From: Acidobacteriota bacterium
GTDB taxonomy: Bacteria > Acidobacteriota > UBA6911
NCBI GenBank assembly: GCA_963664705.1
Contig: OY761556.1
Span: 3,232,001-3,296,000, forward strand
DNA: 64,000 bases
Reading direction: 5' to 3'
Part shown: positions 55,645 to 64,000 of the stretch, piece by piece
Layout: each line of letters starts with the position of its first letter
Numbering within the stretch: position 1 is the first letter of the stretch
Notes under the pieces: model-generated
Told to the model about the DNA's origin: nothing
The model's database searches: none
What the model saw: only the letters and a program-made list of their open reading frames with translations
Translations under genes and position numbers: made by a program

Positions 55645-55853
55645 CTGCGGATTGCGGATTGCAGATTGCGGAGTCAGGGGTAAATCCACAATCCCCAATC
55701 CGAAGTCCGCAATCAGTTGATCTCCACGGTTGCGCCGGCTTTGGCTAATCTGTTTTTGATGGCGTCCGCCTTTTTTTGTTGGTGTTCTCCAACGCGAATT
55801 AAGGATTGAGGATTGAGGGAGTTGGCCACAATCCCCAATCCGATATCCGCCAT
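55645..55853. repeat. Two heptamer palindromes flanking a diverged copy of the rplL 3' end
   Basis: (ATTGCGG)n..(CCGCAAT)n at 55645-55714, rplL-like segment 55713-55777, (ATTGAGG)n..(CCCCAAT)n at 55798-55853. Confidence 0.85.
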
Positions 55854-56240
55854 TTACTTGATCTCAACGGTTGCGCCGGCTTCCTCGAACTTCTTCTTGA
55901 TGGAATCGGCTTCTTCCTTGCTGACGCCTTCTTTGATCGGTTTGGGAGCGCCCTCAACCAGGTCCTTTGCCTCTTTCAGACCGAGGTTGGTGACTTCGCG
56001 GACGGCCTTGATCACGTTGATCTTCTTGTCGCCAACGGTGGCAAGGATCACGTTGAATTCAGTTTTTTCCTCGACCGGAGCGGCTGCGGCGGCAGCGCCT
56101 ACACCCGGCATGGCCATCGGCATGGCAGCGGCAGCGCTGATGCCATATTTATCTTCAAGGCTCTTTACCAGGTCCGAAATTTCCAGCATCGTTGCCTGAT
56201 CGATCCATTCCATTACTTCAATCTTTGTAATCGCCATCAT
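55854..56240 (-). CDS. rplL: 50S ribosomal protein L7/L12
   Basis: [25 protein letters not shown]. Confidence 0.98.
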   Translation of the reverse strand: MMAITKIEVMEWIDQATMLEISDLVKSLEDKYGISAAAAMPMAMPGVGAAAAAAPVEEKTEFNVILATVGDKKINVIKAVREVTNLGLKEAKDLVEGAPKPIKEGVSKEEADSIKKKFEEAGATVEIK

Positions 56241-56291
56241 TTACTCCTATAGGATTTTAGTAGAGATGAATTGCCGATTCTTCTGGACTCC

Positions 56292-56798
56292 CTACTTTTT
56301 GACCTGCTGTAAAACCAAGTCCAAGTTTCGTACTGGAGCTTTCAGAACCATAGTAAGTCTCTGCAAGGGCGCCTTGAGGAGGAAGACCAGTTTGCTCAAC
56401 ATCACCTCTCGGGACGGCATCGAGGCTAATGCCTGGATTTCCGTCGTAGGAACCACCTTGCCTTCCACCAGCGCAGCCTTGAACGTGAAGTTTGGATTAG
56501 TCTTGCTGATATCCGTCAGCAACTTCGCCATTCCTACAACATCGCTGGGATGGTACGCCACTGCGGTCGGACCCGTGAAGAAGGGTTCGAGTGCCTCCAT
56601 TTTGGTTTCTTTGGCGGCTCGCAGTGCCAGGGTGTTTTTAACCACCACGTAATGACCATCGATTTCCCTAATTTTTCGGCGAAGCTCAGTCACATCTACT
56701 ACCTTCAAGCCTTTATAGTCGATCAAGAAGGCGCTTGAGATCGATTGGAACTGTTCGCCCAGGGATGCTACCGTCTGTTGCTTTTCCTCTTTATTCAT
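56292..56798 (-). CDS. rplJ: 50S ribosomal protein L10
   Basis: DYKGL.V...TELR, VVKNTL, GPTA. Confidence 0.97.
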   Translation of the reverse strand: MNKEEKQQTVASLGEQFQSISSAFLIDYKGLKVVDVTELRRKIREIDGHYVVVKNTLALRAAKETKMEALEPFFTGPTAVAYHPSDVVGMAKLLTDISKTNPNFTFKAALVEGKVVPTTEIQALASMPSREVMLSKLVFLLKAPLQRLTMVLKAPVRNLDLVLQQVKK

Positions 56799-56852
56799 GA
56801 TGAAAAAACCTTTTGGGCACCTAGCCTGAATTGCTGGAGTTACCAGGTATTA

Positions 56853-57551
56853 TTAAGCATGAGTCTCGATGGAGGCTTCATCCACCCAGATCCCGGGACT
56901 CATGGTTGAGGAAATCGAAATACTTTTGATGTATTTGCCCTTGCTGCTTGCAGGTTTTGCCCTGATAACGGCTTCGATCAACGCCTTGGCGTTCTCGAAC
57001 AGGTTCTTTTCCTCGAATTGAATCTTCCCGCAAGGCGCATGGATGATTCCAGTTTTGTCGACGCGGAACTCCACTTTTCCAGCTTTGATTTCTTTGATGG
57101 CCTTTCCGACTTCGAAAGTTACAGTTCCGGTTTTCGGGTTCGGCATCAGGCCGCGAGGCCCGAGCACCTTCCCAAGTTTACCGACGCTGCGCATCATATC
57201 GGGTGTCGCCACCACGGCATCGAAATCCATCCAGCCGCCGGCGATCTTTTCAACCATTTCTTCACTTCCGACTTCATCGGCCCCGGCGTCCTTCGCCTCT
57301 TTGACCTTGTCCCCGGAAGCAATTACGATAACCCGTTTGCTTCTGCCCAATCCGTTTGGAAGCACCACCGTGCCGCGCACCATCTGATCCGCATGCTTGG
57401 GATCGACTCCCAGGCGCATATTGATTTCGACGGTCTCGTTGAATTTGGCGTAGGCGATCTTCTTCAGCAGAGGCACTGCTTCATCCAGGCGGTACAGCTT
57501 TCTTTCCCTGGCGGCGGCAGCCTTTACATAATTTTTTCCTGCCTTCGGCAT
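56853..57551 (-). CDS. rplA: 50S ribosomal protein L1
   Basis: [21 protein letters not shown]. Confidence 0.98.
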   Translation of the reverse strand: MPKAGKNYVKAAAARERKLYRLDEAVPLLKKIAYAKFNETVEINMRLGVDPKHADQMVRGTVVLPNGLGRSKRVIVIASGDKVKEAKDAGADEVGSEEMVEKIAGGWMDFDAVVATPDMMRSVGKLGKVLGPRGLMPNPKTGTVTFEVGKAIKEIKAGKVEFRVDKTGIIHAPCGKIQFEEKNLFENAKALIEAVIRAKPASSKGKYIKSISISSTMSPGIWVDEASIETHA

Positions 57552-57602
57552 TGCATTACACCTCGTTGTTAGGAGGCCGATCCTTAAAAACCCGGCCCCG
57601 AC

Positions 57603-58028
57603 CTACCCCTCGACTTCCACTCCCATGCTTCGGGCAGTCCCCATAACAATCCTGATGGCTGCTTCAATGCTGGCTGCATTGAGATCCGGCATTTTCAGCT
57701 GAGCGATCTCGCGCACATCCTTCATTGAAACCTTACCCACTTTGGTTTTGTTTGGTACACCCGAGCCCTTCGCGATATTTGCAGCTTTTTTCAGCAGAAT
57801 TGCGGCAGGAGGAGTTTTCGTGATGAAGGAATACGTACGATCACTGTAGACAGTCACCACAACAGGTATAATGAGCCCCTCCTGCTTGGCGGTCTTGGCA
57901 TTGAATGCCTTGCAGAAATCCATGATATTCAATCCATGGGGACCCAGCGCCGATCCTACCGGAGGGGCCGGTGTCGCTTTTCCTGCTGCCACCTGCAGTT
58001 TCACATTTGCAATAATCTTCTTTGCCAT
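57603..58028 (-). CDS. rplK: 50S ribosomal protein L11
   Basis: MAKK...[18 protein letters not shown]. Confidence 0.98.
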   Translation of the reverse strand: MAKKIIANVKLQVAAGKATPAPPVGSALGPHGLNIMDFCKAFNAKTAKQEGLIIPVVVTVYSDRTYSFITKTPPAAILLKKAANIAKGSGVPNKTKVGKVSMKDVREIAQLKMPDLNAASIEAAIRIVMGTARSMGVEVEG

Positions 58029-58070
58029 CGAACAGCTCCATCGAACCGGCCGCAAAGCCGATTCTCGCTT

Positions 58071-58607
58071 CTACGCTTTCTCTACCTGCTCCGTTTCCAG
58101 TTCCACCGGGGTTGCGCGGCCCAGGATCGTGAGCATGACCTTCAGCGTATTTCTGTCGGGATTCACATCTTCAACCACACCCGTAAAATCCTTGAAAGGA
58201 CCTTCGGTAATCTTGACGGAATCGCCGCGATCAAAAGTAAATTTCGGCTTCGGCTGTTCCGCCGTAACCGAAACCCGGTTGACCACCTCGTTGATCTCCT
58301 CTTCCGTAAGAGGAGTCGGTTTCTTTCCGGTGCTGATGAATCCCGTGACTTTCGGAGTGCCCCGCACAATGTGCCAGGCTTTGTCCGTCATATCCATTTC
58401 AACCAGGATATATCCGGGAAACGTCAGCTTTGTGGTAACAATCTTCTTCCCACTCTTCGTCTCGACCACGTCTTCCGTGGGGATCAGAATCTGACCGATA
58501 CATTCCCCCAGATCATAAGCGTCGATGCGGTTCATAAGGCTTTCCGCAACTTTTCGCTCATACCCGGAGTATGTATGGATAATGTACCACTTCTTCGAAT
58601 TGTCCAT
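58071..58607 (-). CDS. nusG: Transcription termination/antitermination factor NusG
   Basis: [32 protein letters not shown]. Confidence 0.98.
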   Translation of the reverse strand: MDNSKKWYIIHTYSGYERKVAESLMNRIDAYDLGECIGQILIPTEDVVETKSGKKIVTTKLTFPGYILVEMDMTDKAWHIVRGTPKVTGFISTGKKPTPLTEEEINEVVNRVSVTAEQPKPKFTFDRGDSVKITEGPFKDFTGVVEDVNPDRNTLKVMLTILGRATPVELETEQVEKA

Positions 58608-58616
58608 GCTTCGGTC

Positions 58617-58850
58617 TCAAGGGCGTGCTTCCAGCATACCCCGAATGAAGGTCATTCCGTTACCAACCAAGAAATCCACTACCGCAAGGAAGAATCCGAA
58701 GAAAAACACCGACGCAATCACAACGAACGTCGTTCCGGTAACCTCACGCCTCGATGGCCACGATACGTTGTAAAGCTCTTTTCGCGTGTCCTTGAGGAAC
58801 TCGATAATACTTTTAAACCATGCCCTCAGTTTTTCGAAAAAGTCTTTCAT
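58617..58850 (-). CDS. secE: Preprotein translocase SecE
   Basis: EL..VSWPSR.E plus a TM segment; position upstream of nusG. Confidence 0.95.
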   Translation of the reverse strand: MKDFFEKLRAWFKSIIEFLKDTRKELYNVSWPSRREVTGTTFVVIASVFFFGFFLAVVDFLVGNGMTFIRGMLEARP

Positions 58851-58914
58851 TGCTTAACTCCGCAATTCTTCACGCGGCCTGTCGGGTCCCACCCGGAACG
58901 GCGGATCCCAAATA

Positions 58915-58991
58915 TGGCAGGCCAGGAGGGACTCGAACCCCCAACATGCGGTTTTGGAGACCGCCGCTCTGCCAATTAGAGCTACTGGCCT
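58915..58991 (-). tRNA. tRNA-Trp (CCA)
   Basis: Cloverleaf, anticodon CCA, TTCGA T-loop, encoded CCA end. Confidence 0.97.
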
Positions 58992-59028
58992 GTGTACAAC
59001 CCTCGTAACGGAAACCAGCCCCTCACGC

Positions 59029-59178
59029 CTAACGCGTTTCCTTGTGCGGCGTATGGGCACGGCACCGATTACAGAACTTCTTGAACTCCAGCCGCTCCGT
59101 CGTCGTCTTCTTATTCTTCGTCGTCGTATAGTTGCGGCTTTTGCACTTCGTGCATTCCAAATTAATAATGTCTCGCAT
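59029..59178 (-). CDS. rpmG: 50S ribosomal protein L33 (Zn-binding type)
   Basis: Manual translation [49 protein letters not shown]. Confidence 0.97.
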   Translation of the reverse strand: MRDIINLECTKCKSRNYTTTKNKKTTTERLEFKKFCNRCRAHTPHKETR

Positions 59179-59190
59179 GGCTGTCCCGGA

Positions 59191-60378
<1,188 letters not shown>

Positions 60379-60472
60379 ACTAGATTCTCCTGGCTTCTGC
60401 TCCGGGTCGTTTTAATTTTTTTAAATATTAATAACTCTTTTCAATTCCTATCAAGCTATCCGGCAAATTCGA

Positions 60473-60548
<76 letters not shown>

Positions 60549-60641
60549 AGATCCTCAAATTGTTTTGCCAGCCAAAACAAAACTACGACAGGCAATCCTT
60601 CTTTAAGTTTTGGCTTGCCAGCCGGAGCCTTTGGCATAGGC

Positions 60642-60717
60642 TGGAGCGGGAGACGGGACTCGAACCCGCGACCAATAGCTTGGAAGGCTATGACTCTGCC
60701 AACTGAGTTACTCCCGC
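60642..60717 (-). tRNA. tRNA-Gly (TCC)
   Basis: Cloverleaf, anticodon TCC, CCA end. Confidence 0.97.
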
Positions 60718-60791
60718 TTAATAAATGCTCCGCCTTTTTTGACGGACAGTTTTTCAGACTCCGGCTGGCCGGCCGGAGCTTCAAGAAAAAC

Positions 60792-60879
60792 TGGTGGAGA
60801 GGGGAGGATTCGAACCTCCGTAGTACCTAAGTACGCTGGGTTTACAGCCCAGTGCCATTAACCGCTCGACCACCTCTCC
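60792..60879 (-). tRNA. tRNA-Tyr (GTA)
   Basis: Cloverleaf with long variable arm, anticodon GTA. Confidence 0.96.
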
Positions 60880-61111
60880 AAAGATCTTCTCGCCTTCATT
60901 CTGCTTCGACAGGCTTGCCCGCCCAAGCTTCAGCAAAGGCTATTCAACATCTGCAAGGCATGGGAACTTTCTGCAATGCTTTGGTCATCCGCCAAAGTGG
61001 AGTCCAGGGAGCTTACAGGTGAGCCGGCCTAACCCTTCTGCCTCCGTCCGGTTAAGCCTCCGAACCGGGTTCCGCAAATCCCAAATCCAGCTTCTTTTAC
61101 GGCCCTTATAC

Positions 61112-61187
61112 TGGAGCTGGCGAGAGGATTTGAACCCCCGACCCGCTGATTACAAATCAGCTGCTCTACCGACTGAGCTACGCCAGC
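61112..61187 (-). tRNA. tRNA-Thr (TGT)
   Basis: Cloverleaf, anticodon TGT, CCA end. Confidence 0.97.
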
Positions 61188-61202
61188 ATTGGCAAAGTTT
61201 TA

Positions 61203-61231
61203 AATCTAGCACGCAAAAATAGACTCTGCAA
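61203..61231 (-). promoter_or_regulatory. Putative sigma70 promoter of the tRNA-tuf operon
   Basis: TTGCAG-N17-TAGATT with extended TG. Confidence 0.5.
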
Positions 61232-61553
61232 CCCAAAACTACATATTCGGGTAAGAATTTACAGAACTTACTCCATGCCCGGGCTGCCCCATCGATCGGG
61301 CTACCCATCCGAACCACATACCGGCCCCTAAAGAGATACCTATCCCTCGGAGGGTAATCCTTATGTTGTTCCGGAAAATGTCTTTGAGTCAAGAACTACT
61401 TTCAAAAAAAGTCAGAAATCCACGAAATTCGCCCTAAAAAGCTGCGCTCAGCATCCGCTCCCATGAATCTTCCAGCCCAATGGAAGCCTCCACAAAAACG
61501 CCTGGTCCCCCACTTTATACGAGGGCTTCACCCTCAGCCGCCCGACATCATAA

Positions 61554-61582
61554 TTGACATCGCAGGGTGCTTTGTATTAAAT
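61554..61582 (+). promoter_or_regulatory. Putative sigma70 promoter of the radical SAM gene
   Basis: TTGACA-N17-TTAAAT; would put +1 near ATG 61590, i.e. possibly leaderless. Confidence 0.4.
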
Positions 61583-62606
61583 GCCTCCGATGCCAAACGG
61601 TGGAGCGCTCAATCGTCTTAGACTTTTCCGGGACTACCTGCTCCGCAAGCCTGTTTGTTCCGCCAACCCGGTCGAAATCAGCGTCGAAACTACCACAAAA
61701 TGCAACCTGCGCTGTCCCATGTGCACGCGGGAGCAGCTCGTTCCCTCTCTCTCCAACATGGATCTCGAGCTTTTCAAGCGCATCATCGATCAGGGAGAGA
61801 AATACCTGGAGCTCGTGGTCCCCATGAATCTGGGCGAACCGCTCATGAATCCCCAGATATACGAGATCATCCGGTACTGCAAAAACAAGGGCATGAATGT
61901 CCTGATTTCCACCAACGGTACGCTGCTGAATGAAAGCAACTCACGGAAACTCCTGGAATCCGGTGTCGACTATCTCATTTTTTCTTTTGATGGCGCATCC
62001 AAGGAGATCTATGAAAAGTACCGCGCCGGCGCCGAATTCGAAAAGGTTCGCGCCAACCTGTTGTCTTTCTTCCGGATGAAACGGGAAATGAAATCCCGTA
62101 CCCATTGCGTGATCCAGATGGTGATCCTCAAAGACAACCAGGGCGAAATCAAGGCCTTCAGAGATATGTGGGAGGCGGAGGGCGTCGAGGTCCGGTTGAA
62201 ACCCAATTTGGTCCTGGGAGAGGAATTCTCGATCCCCCGCACCTTGGAAGACAACCCCGCCGCCTTGAAGAAGCCCTGTTTCCACCTGTGGCGCGGCAGC
62301 TTTGTGGTTCGGGTTGACGGAATTGTATTCCCCTGCTGCTGGAGCTATAACTCGCTTCCGGTAGGAGACCTCAAAACTCAAAGCCTGGATGAAATCTGGA
62401 ATTCGCCGGAAATGGTTGCGCTGCGGAAGAAGCATGTCGACGGTTCGGCGCATCAGATACCCACCTGCCGGAATTGCAGCCTGGTGCAACCGGAGTTCAC
62501 CAGCCTTGCGGCGGCGTTTCTCCTGACGGGGCTTCAAGTGCGGAGGCTGCTCCCGATCCGGGAAAAAATCGTCGCATTTTTCGAAAAACTACGGCCACAA
62601 AAATGA
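61581..62606 (+). CDS. Radical SAM protein with SPASM/twitch domain
   Basis: CNLRCPMC, GEPL, STNG, C-terminal C...PCC...CxxC; start 61581 or 61590. Confidence 0.93.
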   Translation: MPPMPNGGALNRLRLFRDYLLRKPVCSANPVEISVETTTKCNLRCPMCTREQLVPSLSNMDLELFKRIIDQGEKYLELVVPMNLGEPLMNPQIYEIIRYCKNKGMNVLISTNGTLLNESNSRKLLESGVDYLIFSFDGASKEIYEKYRAGAEFEKVRANLLSFFRMKREMKSRTHCVIQMVILKDNQGEIKAFRDMWEAEGVEVRLKPNLVLGEEFSIPRTLEDNPAALKKPCFHLWRGSFVVRVDGIVFPCCWSYNSLPVGDLKTQSLDEIWNSPEMVALRKKHVDGSAHQIPTCRNCSLVQPEFTSLAAAFLLTGLQVRRLLPIREKIVAFFEKLRPQK

Positions 62607-64000
62607 GCGAACCCAGCCCCCGCGTTTCGCGCGCTATCATCATTCTGTGGGCTTGTTTCCTGTCTTTGCCCTTTCTCCGTCAGCCGCTGCACCTCGATGA
62701 TTGTTTCTATTACGATATTTCAAAGAATGTTTCCCACAAGCCCTTGTTTCCACAAGACATGCCGTATGTTTTTGAGGGCAGGCTGGCGCAGGATCTCGGC
62801 TCCAATTCCCACGCTCCTTTTGTTCCTTATTACATCGCCTTAGCCAACAGTTCCCTTCCGGACCGCTGGGGAGAGGAGGCCAAGCTTCATCTTGCCTTCG
62901 CACTGTTTCCCATCATCATTGGTTTGGCCGGGTATAGCCTTGCCCGTGCATTAACGCCATATCCTCTGCTAGCCGCGCTGTTGATTCAGGCAACGCCCGC
63001 GGTAATGGTGAATTCTCATACGTTGATGTCGGACGTTCCGGCGCTCGCCTTCTGGCTTGCGTCCCTTGCCGGCTTCCACCTGTGGATTTCTACTCAAAAG
63101 AAGCGATACCTTACCTTGTGCATTCTATCAACCATGGCGGCATCCTTCGCGGCCTATCAATCGTTAGGCCTGGTCCTGCTGTTTGCGCTCTACGCATGGC
63201 TTAAAGGAAAGTTTGACCGTGGGGTTGTGCTGGCGTGCGTATTGCCGATCCTCTTTATAATAGGTTGGTTCGGACTCGGATACCTCCATTACGGACGTTT
63301 CCTTGCCTCGAACACCGCCGCCTACGCCGTTGGGCGCGGCATCTTCACTCCATACCAAATTGCAGAGCGGGGCATTGCCGTATTTGTTTATATTGGCGGC
63401 ACCACGCTCTTCCCGCTCGGATTGCTGCTTCTTTGCGCGGGCTGGCTCAAAGGCCGCATCATTGCCATTACACTTCTGATCTCGGCGGTGATCGTTCAGG
63501 TGTTTGCCCCGCAGTACACATTTGGCGAAAAAAGCCTGCTGGTGCTGCTCCTCTGCGCCGCTGTGGTTGTTTCCGCAAAACTCATTCTATCGGGAATCAC
63601 CGGGTTTGCCCGAAAGACAAACCAGGAGAGAGATGCGGAGGGCCTTTTCCTGGCAGCCTGGTTTCTGTTTGTTTTCCTTTATTGCATCGTCATCTTTTAT
63701 ACCTCGACAGCACGCTATATTTTGCCGCTGGTTCCTCCGCTCGCAATATTTGTCACACGAGCGGTGCCCGGGCAGGCTTCCCTTCGACGGGTCGCCCTGG
63801 TCATTTTGCTGGCCGCCACGTCCATCCAGGGCGCGGCACTGAGCCTCTCCGACTATCAATTCGCAAAAATTTACCGGCAAATCGCCTCCGAGATGCGGTC
63901 CTCCTATGGGCGCATGGCGGGAGATATCTGGTATGGCGGGGAATGGGGCTTTCGTCATTACATGGACCAATCATCCTATAAGCTGATAAGCTCGAACCTG
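62603..64000 (+). CDS. GT-C fold membrane glycosyltransferase (ArnT/GT39-like), partial
   Basis: Not in the ORF track because it has no stop in the window. Manual translation MSEPSPRV...HLDD..YY...LMSDVP...ARYILP is multi-TM; ATGA overlap with the radical SAM gene. Confidence 0.75.
   Translation, partial: MSEPSPRVSRAIIILWACFLSLPFLRQPLHLDDCFYYDISKNVSHKPLFPQDMPYVFEGRLAQDLGSNSHAPFVPYYIALANSSLPDRWGEEAKLHLAFALFPIIIGLAGYSLARALTPYPLLAALLIQATPAVMVNSHTLMSDVPALAFWLASLAGFHLWISTQKKRYLTLCILSTMAASFAAYQSLGLVLLFALYAWLKGKFDRGVVLACVLPILFIIGWFGLGYLHYGRFLASNTAAYAVGRGIFTPYQIAERGIAVFVYIGGTTLFPLGLLLLCAGWLKGRIIAITLLISAVIVQVFAPQYTFGEKSLLVLLLCAAVVVSAKLILSGITGFARKTNQERDAEGLFLAAWFLFVFLYCIVIFYTSTARYILPLVPPLAIFVTRAVPGQASLRRVALVILLAATSIQGAALSLSDYQFAKIYRQIASEMRSSYGRMAGDIWYGGEWGFRHYMDQSSYKLISSNL

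Noticed and set aside
63235-63981. 248-aa plus-strand ORF
   Set aside because: Out-of-frame overlap with the open GT-C gene starting at 62603.

Overview
Chromosomal segment of a GC-rich bacterium, most likely Acidobacteriota. This is inferred from the acidobacterial VWA protein, Oar-like TonB-dependent receptor and PEGA protein, and from a Cys-rich insertion in RpoB. Left to right it holds: a chemosensory operon (MCP-like, STAS, cheY, cheA, short cheR, MBL hydrolase, poly-HAMP MCP) behind a sigma28-like promoter and a terminator-containing leader; two transporters; a hybrid kinase; envelope genes; lpxB and mnmA; a sigma54 two-component system next to an ECF sigma; moaD-like and racemase genes separated by a 4 x ~260 bp tandem array; a type IV pilus locus (pilB-T-C-S-R-A); an intact IS110/IS1111 element inserted in a REP-like palindrome; the rpoC-rpoB-rplLJAK-nusG-secE-rpmG-tuf-tRNA cluster; and a radical SAM gene plus a GT-C glycosyltransferase. 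Three things stand out. (1) Heptamer-repeat tracts, mostly palindromic, sit at gene stop codons, and at some loci come with silent, diverged copies of the neighbouring gene's 3' end. (2) The IS1111 element's bridge/seekRNA guides, junction promoter and REP target can all be read from the sequence. (3) The chemotaxis operon has a structured attenuator-like leader. All calls are by eye, with no database searches.
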